DNA of 64,000 nt from Trypanosoma brucei (taxonomy: Eukaryota): the NCBI GenBank assembly GCA_000002445.1, contig CM000207.1, positions 32,001-96,000 of the forward strand, given 5' to 3'. A model generated the notes under the pieces. It did no database searches. It was not told the origin of the DNA and worked only from the letters and a program-made list of their open reading frames with translations. A program made the position numbers and the translations under genes. Each line of letters starts with the position of its first letter. The first letter of the stretch is position 1. Positions 48,727-60,455 of the stretch are shown here, piece after piece.

Positions 48727-48804
48727 TTTCTGTTCCAGGGTGTTGACGTTCTTTTCTCTACCAATTTTCCTGCAGAGCTCGTCAACCTTGAGACGGAAAT
48801 TACT

Positions 48805-49425
48805 CTAGTCAGCTTTTAGCCATGCGTACATGGGCTTTCGAAGCCGCGGGCAACTCAGTGCATCTGTGTCCTCTCCAACGATAACGTCGAAAAATATGTG
48901 ATGGTGATCGCTATCGGAAGAATACAGCGATGTCCACGTGTACACTGTACAATTCCTTGACAGTGTCACATCAGGGGTGGACTCCCCATGGTGACGCGCG
49001 TATCTTGTGCACTCACCAGTGTTGCAAACCAGAAACTGGTTGTCAATGCACCACTGTGTGAGGGTTTCACCCTTGGTATTTGGTGGGCTCGCGCGATCCC
49101 ATGCCAACGCGTGTGCGTTAGCGTCTGCACCGATGAGCTGGGCACCGACAGTTGTCAGAAGCGTATCTAGGTCAGTTGCCGTGAAGGTGTGTTTTGGTGG
49201 GATGTATGCCGACGTGACGGTCAGCGCTGTTCCACGTGCAAGGTGAATTGTTGCATGCACTTGTTCAATGCGACCAACAACGGCCATACCGGTCTCGACT
49301 GGTAGGTCCTCCCTCACTAGTGTTGATACACCACCTCCTTTGCAGTTACGAGCTATTCCGTGATGTTGGTAGCCAGCAACGCTAAAGCAAGCCGCCTCTC
49401 CAGGCGTCATCCTTGTCTCGCTCAA
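48805..49425 (-). CDS. ingi (copy 2) ORF fragment, endonuclease domain (N-terminally truncated ORF)
   Basis: 206-aa ORF homologous to 18080..19099. Confidence 0.7.
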   Translation of the reverse strand: MSETRMTPGEAACFSVAGYQHHGIARNCKGGGVSTLVREDLPVETGMAVVGRIEQVHATIHLARGTALTVTSAYIPPKHTFTATDLDTLLTTVGAQLIGADANAHALAWDRASPPNTKGETLTQWCIDNQFLVCNTGECTRYARHHGESTPDVTLSRNCTVYTWTSLYSSDSDHHHIFFDVIVGEDTDALSCPRLRKPMYAWLKAD

Positions 49426-50511
49426 CAGACAAAAGGCGATCCGCTCATCAACAAGGGTTTTGTGGAGTGCTAATCTCTTTCCTTGAGATAGCCCGGCGCA
49501 GTTTCACTGCATCCCGCACAACGACGGGCCGGGATTCTCTTCCACATCACCGGACATCAGAATCTTAGTGCGGATGATACTGCTGATGGCACGCTGGCAC
49601 GTGCCCATGGACTGACAAATGAAAAACGGTGTCCCAGCAAGACGCTGCTGATCCCTGTGCTGTATTATGCCGTAGCAGGAGCAAAGCAGTGTTCCCTACG
49701 AGAGGAATGCTTCTGACTCTTGGCTTTTCCCGATGAGACTGGGTACTGGACCCTGGCACCATGTTGAGGTGGCCGGAATCGCCAGGGTGAAAACAATATA
49801 ATAGAGTTTGTAAAATAACTTTAAGAGTAAGAATACAAATGAAGTGCACGAAACAAAAGAAAGAAGACAAAAAATAGAAACTTTTTAACCTAAATCATAT
49901 ATGAAGTGTGATGGTAATATACGAAGTGAGGAGACGGAACGGATGGTGATTTTTTTAAAAATTCTGTTCAGGTTTTCTGGAAAGACATTAAGACTGTTGA
50001 AAGAGCGAGTGGTCAACACAAAAACGGTCGCTGACCCAAAAAGAATGGCACATATCAATAAAAGAAAGGCGATAACGAAGGAACTGTCAGCCTTAAATTT
50101 CCAAGTGTTAACCTACACTGAAATGCAGTTGCACAGAATGAAGGGCGCAATCAGAACGTCAGTGGTGTAAAAGCGAAATAACAACGTTATATGACTATTT
50201 AGAGTCATGATCCAGTCTGCGTGTCAAAAATGATAGAAGATACAGAACTATATAAATGATATATGTTTTAGATGCAAGTACAGAATGGTACAGATTATAT
50301 AAAGAAAAAAGTTTTGGCATAGCCGAGTTCCTTTTAGGGAGATTATGTGGTGCCATCACCGCAAGATATTTTTCCTTCTATTTTCTCAATAAAATGCCTA
50401 AATAAGAAATAGCAGAAAAACACTAAACTGCATTCTAAATTTATTCGGCGAAGCAGCGGAAACATCAGTAGCAATACCATCATGTTCAACAAACACACTG
50501 AGAGGAAAAAA

Positions 50512-51990
50512 ATGAAGTTCATTACACAGCTATTAGTCCTATTAGTTACAATGACGCCGCAGTATTCTGATGCAACAGCGGGGGAGGTGCTCAAAGAAAC
50601 TGTAGAAAAAGCCATATGCGACTACAGCAAGACAGCCAAAGGCCAATACCAGCATCTAGCAACAAAAATAAAAGAAGAAAAAAGCATCGCGGCAGCAGCG
50701 TACAAAGGATACAAGCAGCAAAGCCTAGCTGAGCTACTTTTGCCGGCGTACGCAGAAGCAGCAAAAACTCTAGAAACATATGCGTCCATGATGCTAACTG
50801 ATGCCCTTGCCGCTTTGGAAGCGACGGCGGCGACCGCAGCACCCCTCGTAGCAACTGCAGCCTACAGCGCGGGCAGGCTCGACGAGTTTATGCTCTTAAT
50901 GGGGCAACTACAGCAAAACAGCGCAAAAACCAAGTATTGCATTGGGCAAGACAACGGCGATAACAAGGCTAGCAACAACCCGTTACAAGGCTGCAATGTG
51001 CCGATAGAGACAACGCAAAAGGCAAAAAATACAAAACTGGGGGAGCTGACAGGCAGGACGTTCGGCAACACCGACGACATCAAAACAAACCAAAACGGCA
51101 AATGCTATCTCACAAGCAACCTTGACACCTACATCACGGGCCTGACAAAGCCGATACAAGTTTTGGGCGGCCTAATCGAAATAACGACAACCGGTGGCAT
51201 CGACAACAGCGGCAAATTCACGGTCGGTGGAATTGCATCAAGCTTTCTGAAAACGATTGCTTCAGATTACGATGGGCATGCACAGATAATGACGGACATC
51301 ACACCCAAGATGCCCACAAGCGACGCCGAACTACTCACGTTACTAAAAAACTACAAAACGAATAACAAACTTAAAGAGGCAGCGGCCAAGATCAATAACT
51401 GGGAGTCGTCCAAACCTGACAGTGAGAAAATAGCGCACCTCAAAACGATATTTGGCATTAACGATGCCACTACTGAAAGCGGCTTTGTCACTGCTCTAAA
51501 AGCGACAAAGCGGACGGTAAAAACAGGACAATCAACCAGTGCTGAAACGGCAATACTGCAAATGAACGACGAACAACTAAGAGAAGCAACAGAAGCCGCA
51601 CTATCAGAGCTTAAACTAACAGCGAACAAAAGCACTAACTGTCCAACGAAACAGCTAGCAGAAAAAGCAGAAGCTCAGAAAGATTGTACCAAAAATACGA
51701 AAAAGATGGACTGCAAGGACAGTGATGGTTGCAAATGGACTATTGACAAGGAAGAAACAGGAAACCACTGCAAAGATAAAGAGGGAGATGGACATACAAG
51801 CACAGCAACAGGAACAGGAGAAGGAGCTGCAGGAACAACAACAGAAAATGCGAAGGGAAATTGGAAAACGAAAGTATGAAGGCTCCAGAATGCAAATTGG
51901 AAAGAAAAGATTGCAAAGATTCCAGTTTTCTTGTCAATAAGAAAGTAGCTCTGATATCTGCTAACTTTATGTGTTTGGTAGCATTTTATT
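50512..51990 (+). pseudogene. VSG that is nearly intact (signal peptide MKFITQLLVLLVTMTPQYSDA). The N-domain and most of the C-domain are in frame; a single C-terminal frameshift precedes the GPI signal
   Basis: ORF 50482..51879 (465 aa) ends ...GNWKTKV*. The GPI signal (...[25 protein letters not shown]) is in another frame up to about 51985. 16-mer-like CATACATTTTAACAC at 52069. Confidence 0.8.
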
Positions 51991-52237
51991 ATTAAGATTT
52001 TTACTCAATTTTATTAAATTATCTGCTTTGAGGAAATTTTCTAAATTTTTCTGAAATATGCTAAAATATCATACATTTTAACACATTTATGATGAAAATG
52101 TGAAAAAGTAGTGAAACATTTTTGATATTTTTGTGGAATATACATGGTTTTTACCTACATGTTCAAAGTAGTATGGTAATAGTGTATGAAAAAGTGTTGC
52201 TATTTGAATTTATTAATTTTGTCGATATTAGTTAATG

Positions 52238-52305
52238 TTATAATAATATTGATAATAATCAGTGAAGTGTTGTGAGTATGTATATACGAATATTATAATA
52301 ATGGT
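52238..52305. repeat. 70-bp repeat, 1 unit
   Basis: AATAATATTGATAATAATCAGTGAAGTGTTGTGAGTATGTATATACGAATATTATAATAATGG. Confidence 0.85.
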
Positions 52306-53726
52306 GATGAACACTAAATTGCGTGACCAAATTTGAGTATTTTAAACAACAGCAAAAATGCAATGATGGTAGGTAGTTGATGGTAAATAGATAGGAGCAA
52401 GCTAGAATATTATCACAAACAAATATGCTGGGAGAGAACAAATTATATGCAATGGATAAGCAGAGATTAATCAAGGGATTATCATGCAAAAGAATATGGT
52501 GTACCTTATCATGAAAAAGAGAGATGGACGCCGGGAACAAATACAGTGCCTATGCTTTTTAAAAAAATAACAACATGATATCTTTCCGTTTTAAGTTCTT
52601 AAAAAAGAATCACCAAAAGAATAAAATATCACGTATATAAATTAGTGGAAGAGCTCGCTGAGGTCGGGTGAATCGATGGTAACACTTCTCAAATTCCGTA
52701 TTGGATTACTGGACAGACAGTAAGGTTTTTCAAGGAGTGAACAATAAACATAAGAGATGTCGCGGATGCGAAACTAATGAATCGCATTAACAAGAGAAAA
52801 TCAGTAACTAATGAACTTTCTGTATAATAATTATACTGTGCTAAACGGCAGCTAACTGAAGAGTAGCACAATCTTAACCAGAAGAAAACAATAGCGTCTA
52901 TCAAAGAGACCGATACTTTTCTATTCCACTAGTGGCAGCCATGGATAAATTTTCACAACATATAACCCAATAAGAACCATAAAGGTAACAATTTTAATAT
53001 TTAGGAGGTTTATCAGAAATTTGGACAGATGAGAGGCCTTGAATGCAGGAGTGTAGATGTAAATATAACAGATGGGGAGTGAAGTCAAAGACAGACTGAA
53101 TTTTTATTAGTAGAGGTATATTGGTACTTTTGATAAAAAACAATCTGTCACCTGTCATCGATTGGCTCAGCGGTAAAAAACGCATATTGAAATAGAAGTA
53201 TAGAAGCAATATCACTTTCTACATTAATACTATGTAAATCCACATGAAGTTCATAAACTCTAACAATCTATGAATCATAGATAACTGCGAGATTTTACAA
53301 AGTCACAGCAAGCAAACTCCATGTGAGAAAGAAAGCAGCAATAGGGTAAACCTGGAAGAAAGGGCATTTTAGTCAGTTATAGCTAAATTAAACAGCTAAT
53401 ATAGTTGCAAAATTTGTACTAAGAACATGATAATTAGTAGAAATATTTAAACAGTGATATGGCGTTGGAGTATGGAAAATTAAAGAAGTTTAATTTACAG
53501 AGGACCGAGGTAGTAGAGAAAGAAAAATGAAAATGCAAGGAAAAGTTGTTCCGGAGGTAAAAAGTTCGTATTTTTTGAAAATAAATAAGCGGTACCATGC
53601 TTATTAGACCTTAAAATTTAAATTTTTTGGAAATGTCATGTACAAAGACTAAGACAAAACGTACTGTTCTCTGAATCCTCAACGTCATTGCGACAAGTTA
53701 AAGCAAGTAAAATTCAGTGACGGAGG

Positions 53727-55165
53727 ATGGCTACCCAATTAAGTACAGTCAGACTCCTGTTGTACATAGCCACTCTGCTAGTGCTCCAAACTGAAAGAAA
53801 AATCGATGCTGCTAAAGAGGCCCTAAAATGGAGCGAGCTCACAAAACTTTGCAAACTAGCAAATTTTTTAAGAAAAATACCAGCAGGTGCAATGCACAAA
53901 CTAAACTAACAAACAACAGCCTTACAAGCAGCGCTCAAACCCAAGGTAGGGGCAGCGGCGGCGGCGGAAGCACAGACGGACGCCCACATCAGCATGGTGG
54001 GAGCAGTAACCGCAGCGGCAGTGGACAAATGCATAGAAGACGCAACTGAGCAAGCGCGGAACATCGAAGAAAAAGCAATAAAAGCCGTAGATTTAGGAGC
54101 GCTTCAAGCAGGCTGGATCAGCGAGGTCGTACATCTTCTAAAGAGCATGTCAACCGGTGGAGGGAGCAGCGCCACAACCGGCTTTTGTCTCACGGCGGAC
54201 GGCACCAACGCACTAACTGACACCAAAGTCGACGACATAGACTGCTCAACACTAACACCGACACTAGACGCAGAGGCGCTCGACTATGCAGCACAGAAAT
54301 TTACAGACACTGGATTTGCCCTTGTAACAACCGGCAACGCCAAAGACGCAGGGGCAGGAAACAAATGCATTTTTCTACATAAAGCAGCGACCGCCAGCGC
54401 GAAAGCAGCTGACGTATTCCAAACAACGGGCTCGCACCTATTAGCAGGCACCTTACTGTCAGTCACCGCACACACGACAACCATCGAAGCGACGATAACA
54501 GCCCTAGACAACATAGCAAAGACCGGCAAAGTTGCGACGCCAAAACAACCGTATGATCACCTTTACAAACGCCGTAGCGGGCCTCAAAGAGGCGACCCCG
54601 CACTCCTGCGGGTCGGACGAAACTAGCGTTATAGAGGGCCTAGTAAACGACGGCTCAGTAGCAACACAACTAGCAAACATGATCAAAACAGCAGAGCCAG
54701 ACCTGCCTGACGGAGAAGATGCCAAACAGGCGGAGGCTATTCTCACGGCAATAGCAGCAAAAGACAACAACAGAGGAAAAAATATTCGAGACAAAATCCT
54801 AAACACAAAAATTGAAAACGTAAAGAACGGGAACCGTGTAGAAACGGTAATTTCCGAAATAAGTTCAACAGCGGACAGAAGAACAGGATATCTTTTAGAA
54901 CACAACAAAACAAGAATCCAGCTGGCAGAATTGTCCAAGCAGCTGACGGCGACAAGACAAAAGAAAGAAAAAGCGGATGCCCCCAAAAATAACTGAAACA
55001 GAAGAAACTTGCCAAAAGAAAGGGACAGGAGGTAACTGCAAAGATGGATGCAAAGAAGTCGAAGAAGGTGGAAAAAAGAAGTGCGTAAAGGATCAGAATC
55101 ACACACTAAAACAGGAAGAAAATCAAGATAAAAAATACCATGGCGAGTACTTCTTTTGTAACTAA
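53727..55165 (+). pseudogene. VSG pseudogene (signal peptide MATQLSTVRLLLYIATLLVLQT) with frameshifts
   Basis: ORFs 53727..53909, 53994..54626, 54532..54996 and 54977..55165. C-domain ETCQKKGTGGNCKDGCKEVEEGGKKKC is related to the C-domain at 61700-61830. 16-mer-like TAATATATTTTAACGT at 55242. Confidence 0.75.
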
Positions 55166-55241
55166 TGCACTATTTTGCTTTTAGGATGCAAAACTTAAGT
55201 GTTTTATCATGCTAAGGATTGTTGATCAATTTTATGAAGTT

Positions 55242-55257
55242 TAATATATTTTAACGT
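55242..55257 (+). promoter_or_regulatory. VSG 3'UTR 16-mer element (variant TAATATATTTTAACGT)
   Basis: 13/16 match, downstream of the VSG at 53727-55165. The identical variant occurs at 59131. Confidence 0.55.
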
Positions 55258-55399
55258 CTTTTGACGAAAATTTGAAAATTGATGATGAATCAATAAATAT
55301 GGTATTTTCTATGATAATTGTTTATAAGTGTAATGTTGTAGGATAAACGGGTGTTAAAACTTTACTATTCTGTCCATTTTATAGATATTGATAGTTAGT

Positions 55400-55490
55400 G
55401 TTATGATGGTGATATTAAGAATAATAGGATTATGTTTTGAGTGTGTATATACTAGTACTATATTTATAATAATAATTTAAAATAATAAAT
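55400..55490. repeat. 70-bp repeat, 1 unit, divergent
   Basis: GATGGTGATATTAAGAATAATAGGATTATGTTTTGAGTGTGTATATACTAGTACTATATTTATAATAATAATTTAAAATAATAAAT. Confidence 0.7.
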
Positions 55491-56431
55491 ATGCGGATTA
55501 ATTAAAACGCTTGAAGCGATGGCACGATTGCAGTAATAGAAAGTAAATGAGCAAGAGTGAAAGAGCACAAAGAATAATATTAAAGGATATATAGAAGGAA
55601 AGAAAGAAAGATGGTGAGAAATGGAGCTTGAATATACAGTTTCAAACACAAATATGACTACCTTCATCACGTTACACAAGCAAATGATAAATGATAACGA
55701 GGAAGGGAAAGTCCATTGTACAAACCAAATGGACTCTCTGCGTAATTAGCATAAGTAGCGACGCTAAAGCAAGAAGAATGAGTGGAAACACAGAGTGAAA
55801 AAACTAGATGTGCACTACAACGCCATAGGAGAGAATTATACAGGAAGAGATCATACCCACCTTTTAGCAAATATTGGATGAATTTCAATGAAAAGATTCT
55901 AGTGCCAACACGAAAGGCTTTAATTGATAGATTAATAGTGATGGAACCTATATGATGAAATAGGACTGTTGTGGTAGTTAGTACATGAAATTAGTAAACT
56001 TCTTTGTTTTTCTCCATACACTAGTTCACCTGACCACTTTAATTCCCTTATAAATTCATAAAGAGGGATTTTGAAAAGAAGTAAGCACCGAAATACACGT
56101 GGTTTGTAACGGTAGGTATGCATGTAGAGCTAAATTCTAATACAAAAACAATTGTTTAGTGCCTAATACAAGCTGCGAAAACTGAGAATATACTCTTAAG
56201 CACATATATCATAACAACATCAAGGCGTTACTTACATATTTGAAAATTTTTTCATTAATTTAAAATCCTTGGATCGCAATAAAGTAGTTTTATCAAGTTT
56301 TCCAAAGTATTTCTTTTATCCCCGTCAAATCTTTAAAATATATAAAGTAATGAAATTTTCTATATTAAAAATTTCACTATTACCCTTGCTTTTACCTTTA
56401 TTGTGTTTGCGCTCAATAACTGTTCAAAACA

Positions 56432-57480
56432 GTGGGGAAAGGAAAACAAAAGAATGATGACTCTAAGACTCCTAGAGTGTATGCAGCTATAGTTCAAACT
56501 CATGCGACTCAAGTATGGTGTAAGCTCATATTGAGTGCAAAACTAAACCATGTTGAAATTATTACAATTGAAACGGGAAGTTTGTATAACCATGTTAAAA
56601 GGCCTATATGGATTATGGAATTTTTAGAAAAGCGGAATACAAGTGATGAGGATATTGTAATAACTGTTGATGGATATGATGTTATTGTTTCCGATGGAAA
56701 TAAGTATGAAGTGCAGTGGAATATTTTATACAAAATACTGCAGAAAATGAAGATAAGTTTAGCGAGGAGGATGTCGTCAAAGAGAAACAAATTTCCCCTG
56801 TTCTATTCATGTCAACCGCGGAGTGTTATGCACCACAGTTAGATTTAATTTTGAACTCAGAACACAGAGACCATATGGAGAGGTGCGCATGGTTCTTTCA
56901 AGCTGCTTACTTTGCAGAGAAAAAGCTTAACCTAACGCACTTAATTAAGTGGCCTATAACTCAAAAAGCATACTTGAATTGTACTTGTATAATTGTGCCA
57001 GTCTTGGTGCTTAAAAAATTTGAAATCGCATTTGGAGAATTATTGGAAAGAAGTGAAGAGTGGTGGTAGGATCAAAGTATTCACAAACCGTTGCTAATAT
57101 GGAGTGCCATTCAGGAAGAAGCTGTTGGACAGAGATTTGTTTTGAGGAGGGGCATGATTGGATTCGATTATGAAGAGGGATTCTTCACTATACCAAATAG
57201 TGTGGTGATTAGAGAGGCGCCATTTATTCACTTTACAGGCCAGCCAAATCCATGGGAAGATAAAGCAAAGTTGATTGTTAAAAATATTACTTGGTATAGG
57301 GAGTTGGAAAAAATAGATTTTAATTCGAAGGATATGGGGAAAATAGAAACTTATACACTTGGCGGAGGGAAATTGGATTTTGAGTGTGAGAATATTTGTG
57401 ATAATGACTTTAAGAAAGGGGATTTGTTTAAATATAAAAAATGTGAAAAATTAAAGTTCACGTCGGTGCTGATAATGTGA
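56432..57480 (+). pseudogene. ESAG3-like pseudogene (tentative family assignment). It is near full length, in three frames
   Basis: ORFs 56432..56842, 56716..57069 and 57091..57480. A DxD-like motif (ITVDGYDVIVSDGNK). Homologous to the fragment at 19140-19960. Confidence 0.4.
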
Positions 57481-57582
57481 GCAGCATACTTGTCCTAAGC
57501 AATACTTCATACAGCGGAGACTGGATAAGCTCGTTCTTTCGTGTTCTAGCGCTGTCTAACAAAAAGCTGTAGAAGTAAACGC

Positions 57583-59080
57583 ATGCTACACTCGGTGATA
57601 CTGGCTCTGTTGGTAGTGATTACCAATGGTGGCCTTGCTGGAAACATCCCAGCAGCAGCAAACAAGCCAATATTTGAAGTACTCTGTGAAATAGTGCAGT
57701 TCGCTGAGCGGAAGGCGCCGCCAGATAAACAAACACTAGATGAATCTGAAGCCTTAGGGACACTCAACGCCGTGAACATGTCCCTCGCACAGGCTGAATA
57801 GCAGAAACAATTTTCAGATAGCAAAGGAGACGAAATTGCGTTGGAATCTGAAGCAAACAGACTCAAGACGTCACAACCACAATGGGCAGATGACTGGCAG
57901 CTCTGGTCAAAAGCAAAGCAAGATATCAAAAACACTTGCAAATACGGCCAATTAATAAAGGAGAACAAATTCATCGGCCTTACCGATGACGAGCGACGGA
58001 TTGCGGCTCAAATGCACCAAAGTAGACTTTCGAAGGCGGTACACATCGCAGACAAGATTGAAGGATTCAAAGCGCAGCTAAAAGAGGCAACCAAAGAAGC
58101 AGTGGACAAGCTGATTAACGACGCGGTGTTTGGAGCAGAAGACGGCGAAGGAGAGATTCAAAAAGGTGCAACCGGTGACGCAGCCGGAAGAAGTGCAGGC
58201 GCATGCAACATCGGCGGGGCCATAAAAGGCAAGGAAACTATTGACCATACGCTAATGTGCCTTTGCCTCGCCAGAGGCGGGGGAGAAACACCCAAACCGT
58301 GCGACGAGGAGACCACCGCTTCTGTAGACTGGGCACGCCTTGCAGGCAACGCCAAGACTGGCTACGACGCCGTCAGAGCGCTGTGTCCCAAAGCACATGC
58401 TGCCCCAGTAGAAGCGGCAGAAATCAGACAGGCACTAGCGGACCTCAGGCGGAAAATCAAACTAAATGCCAACGTAGGTTACTTAGGATTCTACGCAGCA
58501 ACAGGATGCAATGGCAGCTCAGGCAACGGAATATGCATTAACTACAACAACAAGATAACGCATCAGAAAAACGACTACGACAAATTGAATTTATTAGTCA
58601 AGCTGACAGACACGGCCAACTTACTGGAACAGGCAACAGCGGCAAAGCAAGCGGAGGATCTCTGGACAAGCAAACTGGAAGGCGAGGCGAAGGAAGCATG
58701 GCTGACACCATCAACGGCAATAACGCTCGCCAAGAAATCAAAGGCTGTGCTGACACAAGCAGAAGAAAGCAAAACATTCGAAAATAAGAAGAAAGAATGC
58801 GAACAGCACAAAGACAACAAATCCGCATGCGAAAATACAGGTAACTGCAAATGGGAAGGTGATGACAAAACAGGGACGTGTAAAGTAGACGAAAGTAAAG
58901 TTACAACTCAGACAAATGTGGCAGAAGGAACAGGAGAGGAAACAACGGAGAAATGCAAAGGCGAACCCCAAGGACGACTGCAAATCTCCGGGTTGTGAAT
59001 GGGAGAGAGAAACTTGCAAAGATTCCAGTATTCTTGTCAAGAAGAAATTCGTTCTGAGTATGGCTGTTGCTTTTTGTGAC
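57583..59080 (+). pseudogene. VSG pseudogene (signal peptide MLHSVILALLVVITNGGLAG). There is an in-frame stop at 57801, a frame change, and a C-terminal frameshift
   Basis: ORFs 57583..57801 and 57841..58998. C-domain [58 protein letters not shown]. The GPI signal ([25 protein letters not shown]) is in another frame up to about 59080. 16-mer-like TAATATATTTTAACGT at 59131. Confidence 0.8.
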
Positions 59081-59130
59081 TTTGCTGTTTAAATTTTTTC
59101 ACTCCTTTGTTTAAAAAATTTGGTGAAATA

Positions 59131-59146
59131 TAATATATTTTAACGT
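59131..59146 (+). promoter_or_regulatory. VSG 3'UTR 16-mer element (variant TAATATATTTTAACGT)
   Basis: 13/16 match, downstream of the VSG at 57583-59080. Confidence 0.55.
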
Positions 59147-59309
59147 TTGTGTAAAACACTCTATAAATTTGAAAACCATAAAACCTAAAAATATAAAAAT
59201 TACTAAATTATGGTGTGAAAACGTAAAATAGATATAAATTAGTATTGAGATACGGTATGATAAATGATTCATATTCTAATATTTTTATTTAATGTATATA
59301 ATTTGTGAT

Positions 59310-59324
59310 TATGATGGTAATTGC

Positions 59325-59399
<75 letters not shown>

Positions 59400-59440
59400 G
59401 GAGAGTGTTGAGTGCGTGTATATACGAATATTATACAAAG
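59310..59440. repeat. 70-bp repeat with a greatly expanded (ATA/TAA)n tract, about 75 bp, about 25 triplets
   Basis: Pure ATAATAATA... from about 59325 to 59399, followed by GGAGAGTGTTGAGTGCGTGTATATACGAATATTATACAAAG. Confidence 0.9.
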
Positions 59441-60455
59441 ATAGCGGAAGACTAGATTAAATGTCAAAATAGAGGCTTTCAAAGAAATAGTAAGTGTGCA
59501 ATGGAAGTAAGCAAGTACGTGGGAGAGAATGAGAAATAGAGCACGCCGATTATTATTAGAGCAAGGCAATAAGACAAGAAGAGGCAGTAAGATTGAATAT
59601 GCACGGTGCCACATAAAAACATGAGGCTAGGCATAATCATACACAAGGAGATGATGGAGGGGAATGTGATGTAGAGACAGAATCCAGCGAAAAGGCCAAA
59701 TGAATTCCATGTTTTACCACTGAACATGACAGAAGGTAATAAGGAAGTAAAGAAAATGAAGAATGAGGCAACTAAATTAGTAGAATAATATATCAGGAGA
59801 AATAGGAGGCTCCCATTATTATTCCCACAATTTCACGCAGAAGTGGATAGATAAAACAGCAGAGATGATGTTGGAGATTATGGTTTTAATTCTTACCGTA
59901 GGATTCCAATGAAAAAACAAAAGGACGTCCTTCTGTGTACATAAAGATGGTGAAATGATTAGTATTTTTGACAAAGGGTTCAGAAATGAGAAAAACAGGC
60001 CAAGCGGAGAAAAATATATGGAAAATCCAAGAGCTTTTTAAATAGCGTAATAAACAATGTGACAGCATTGTAAATAACCTTAAATGGTTCAAAGATAGTT
60101 AATGTTAAGATATGGGTGTGAGGAAGGGTCACTTGTAAGTAATACAATCAAAGCGAAATCAGAACAAAGAGAAAAGCACAAAAAATATCCCCAAATGAAA
60201 GGCGACAATATCCATTCAGGCTACGTAACTGTCATTCTAAATATTTGTACCAGAAGTTCTTTATAAGTGCACCATAATAGTCGCACACTTGCTCGCTTGC
60301 GTTTTTTGACAACACGCAAACGGGGGACAAAACAGGCAGCTGCTAGGCCAAGCCAGAACATTAACTTTTGCACTACTTTAAACCTGCAAACCACAGAGAA
60401 AAACTATGCTCTTCAATCACGCCTGCCACAGACAGCAGCACTGCAAACAGATAAA

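Larger units (their letters stand above)
44542..49787 (-). mobile_element. ingi: ingi non-LTR retroposon, about 5.24 kb, degenerate. It is in the same orientation as copy 1 and is almost identical to it
   Basis: On the - strand: EN ORF 48805..49425; RT ORF 47527..48726 (GFFADDLTLLARH); ORFs 47186..47524 and 46454..47044; zinc-finger ORF 45039..46640. Poly(T) plus the RIME-type end CTTCGTGCCTTCGTGGGAGTTTCCCCCACTGGCGCGGCCATCAACC lie at 44542-44600. The canonical 5' end (reverse complement of CCCTGGCGATTCCGGCCACCTCAACATGGTGCCAGGG) is at 49752-49787. Confidence 0.85.
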
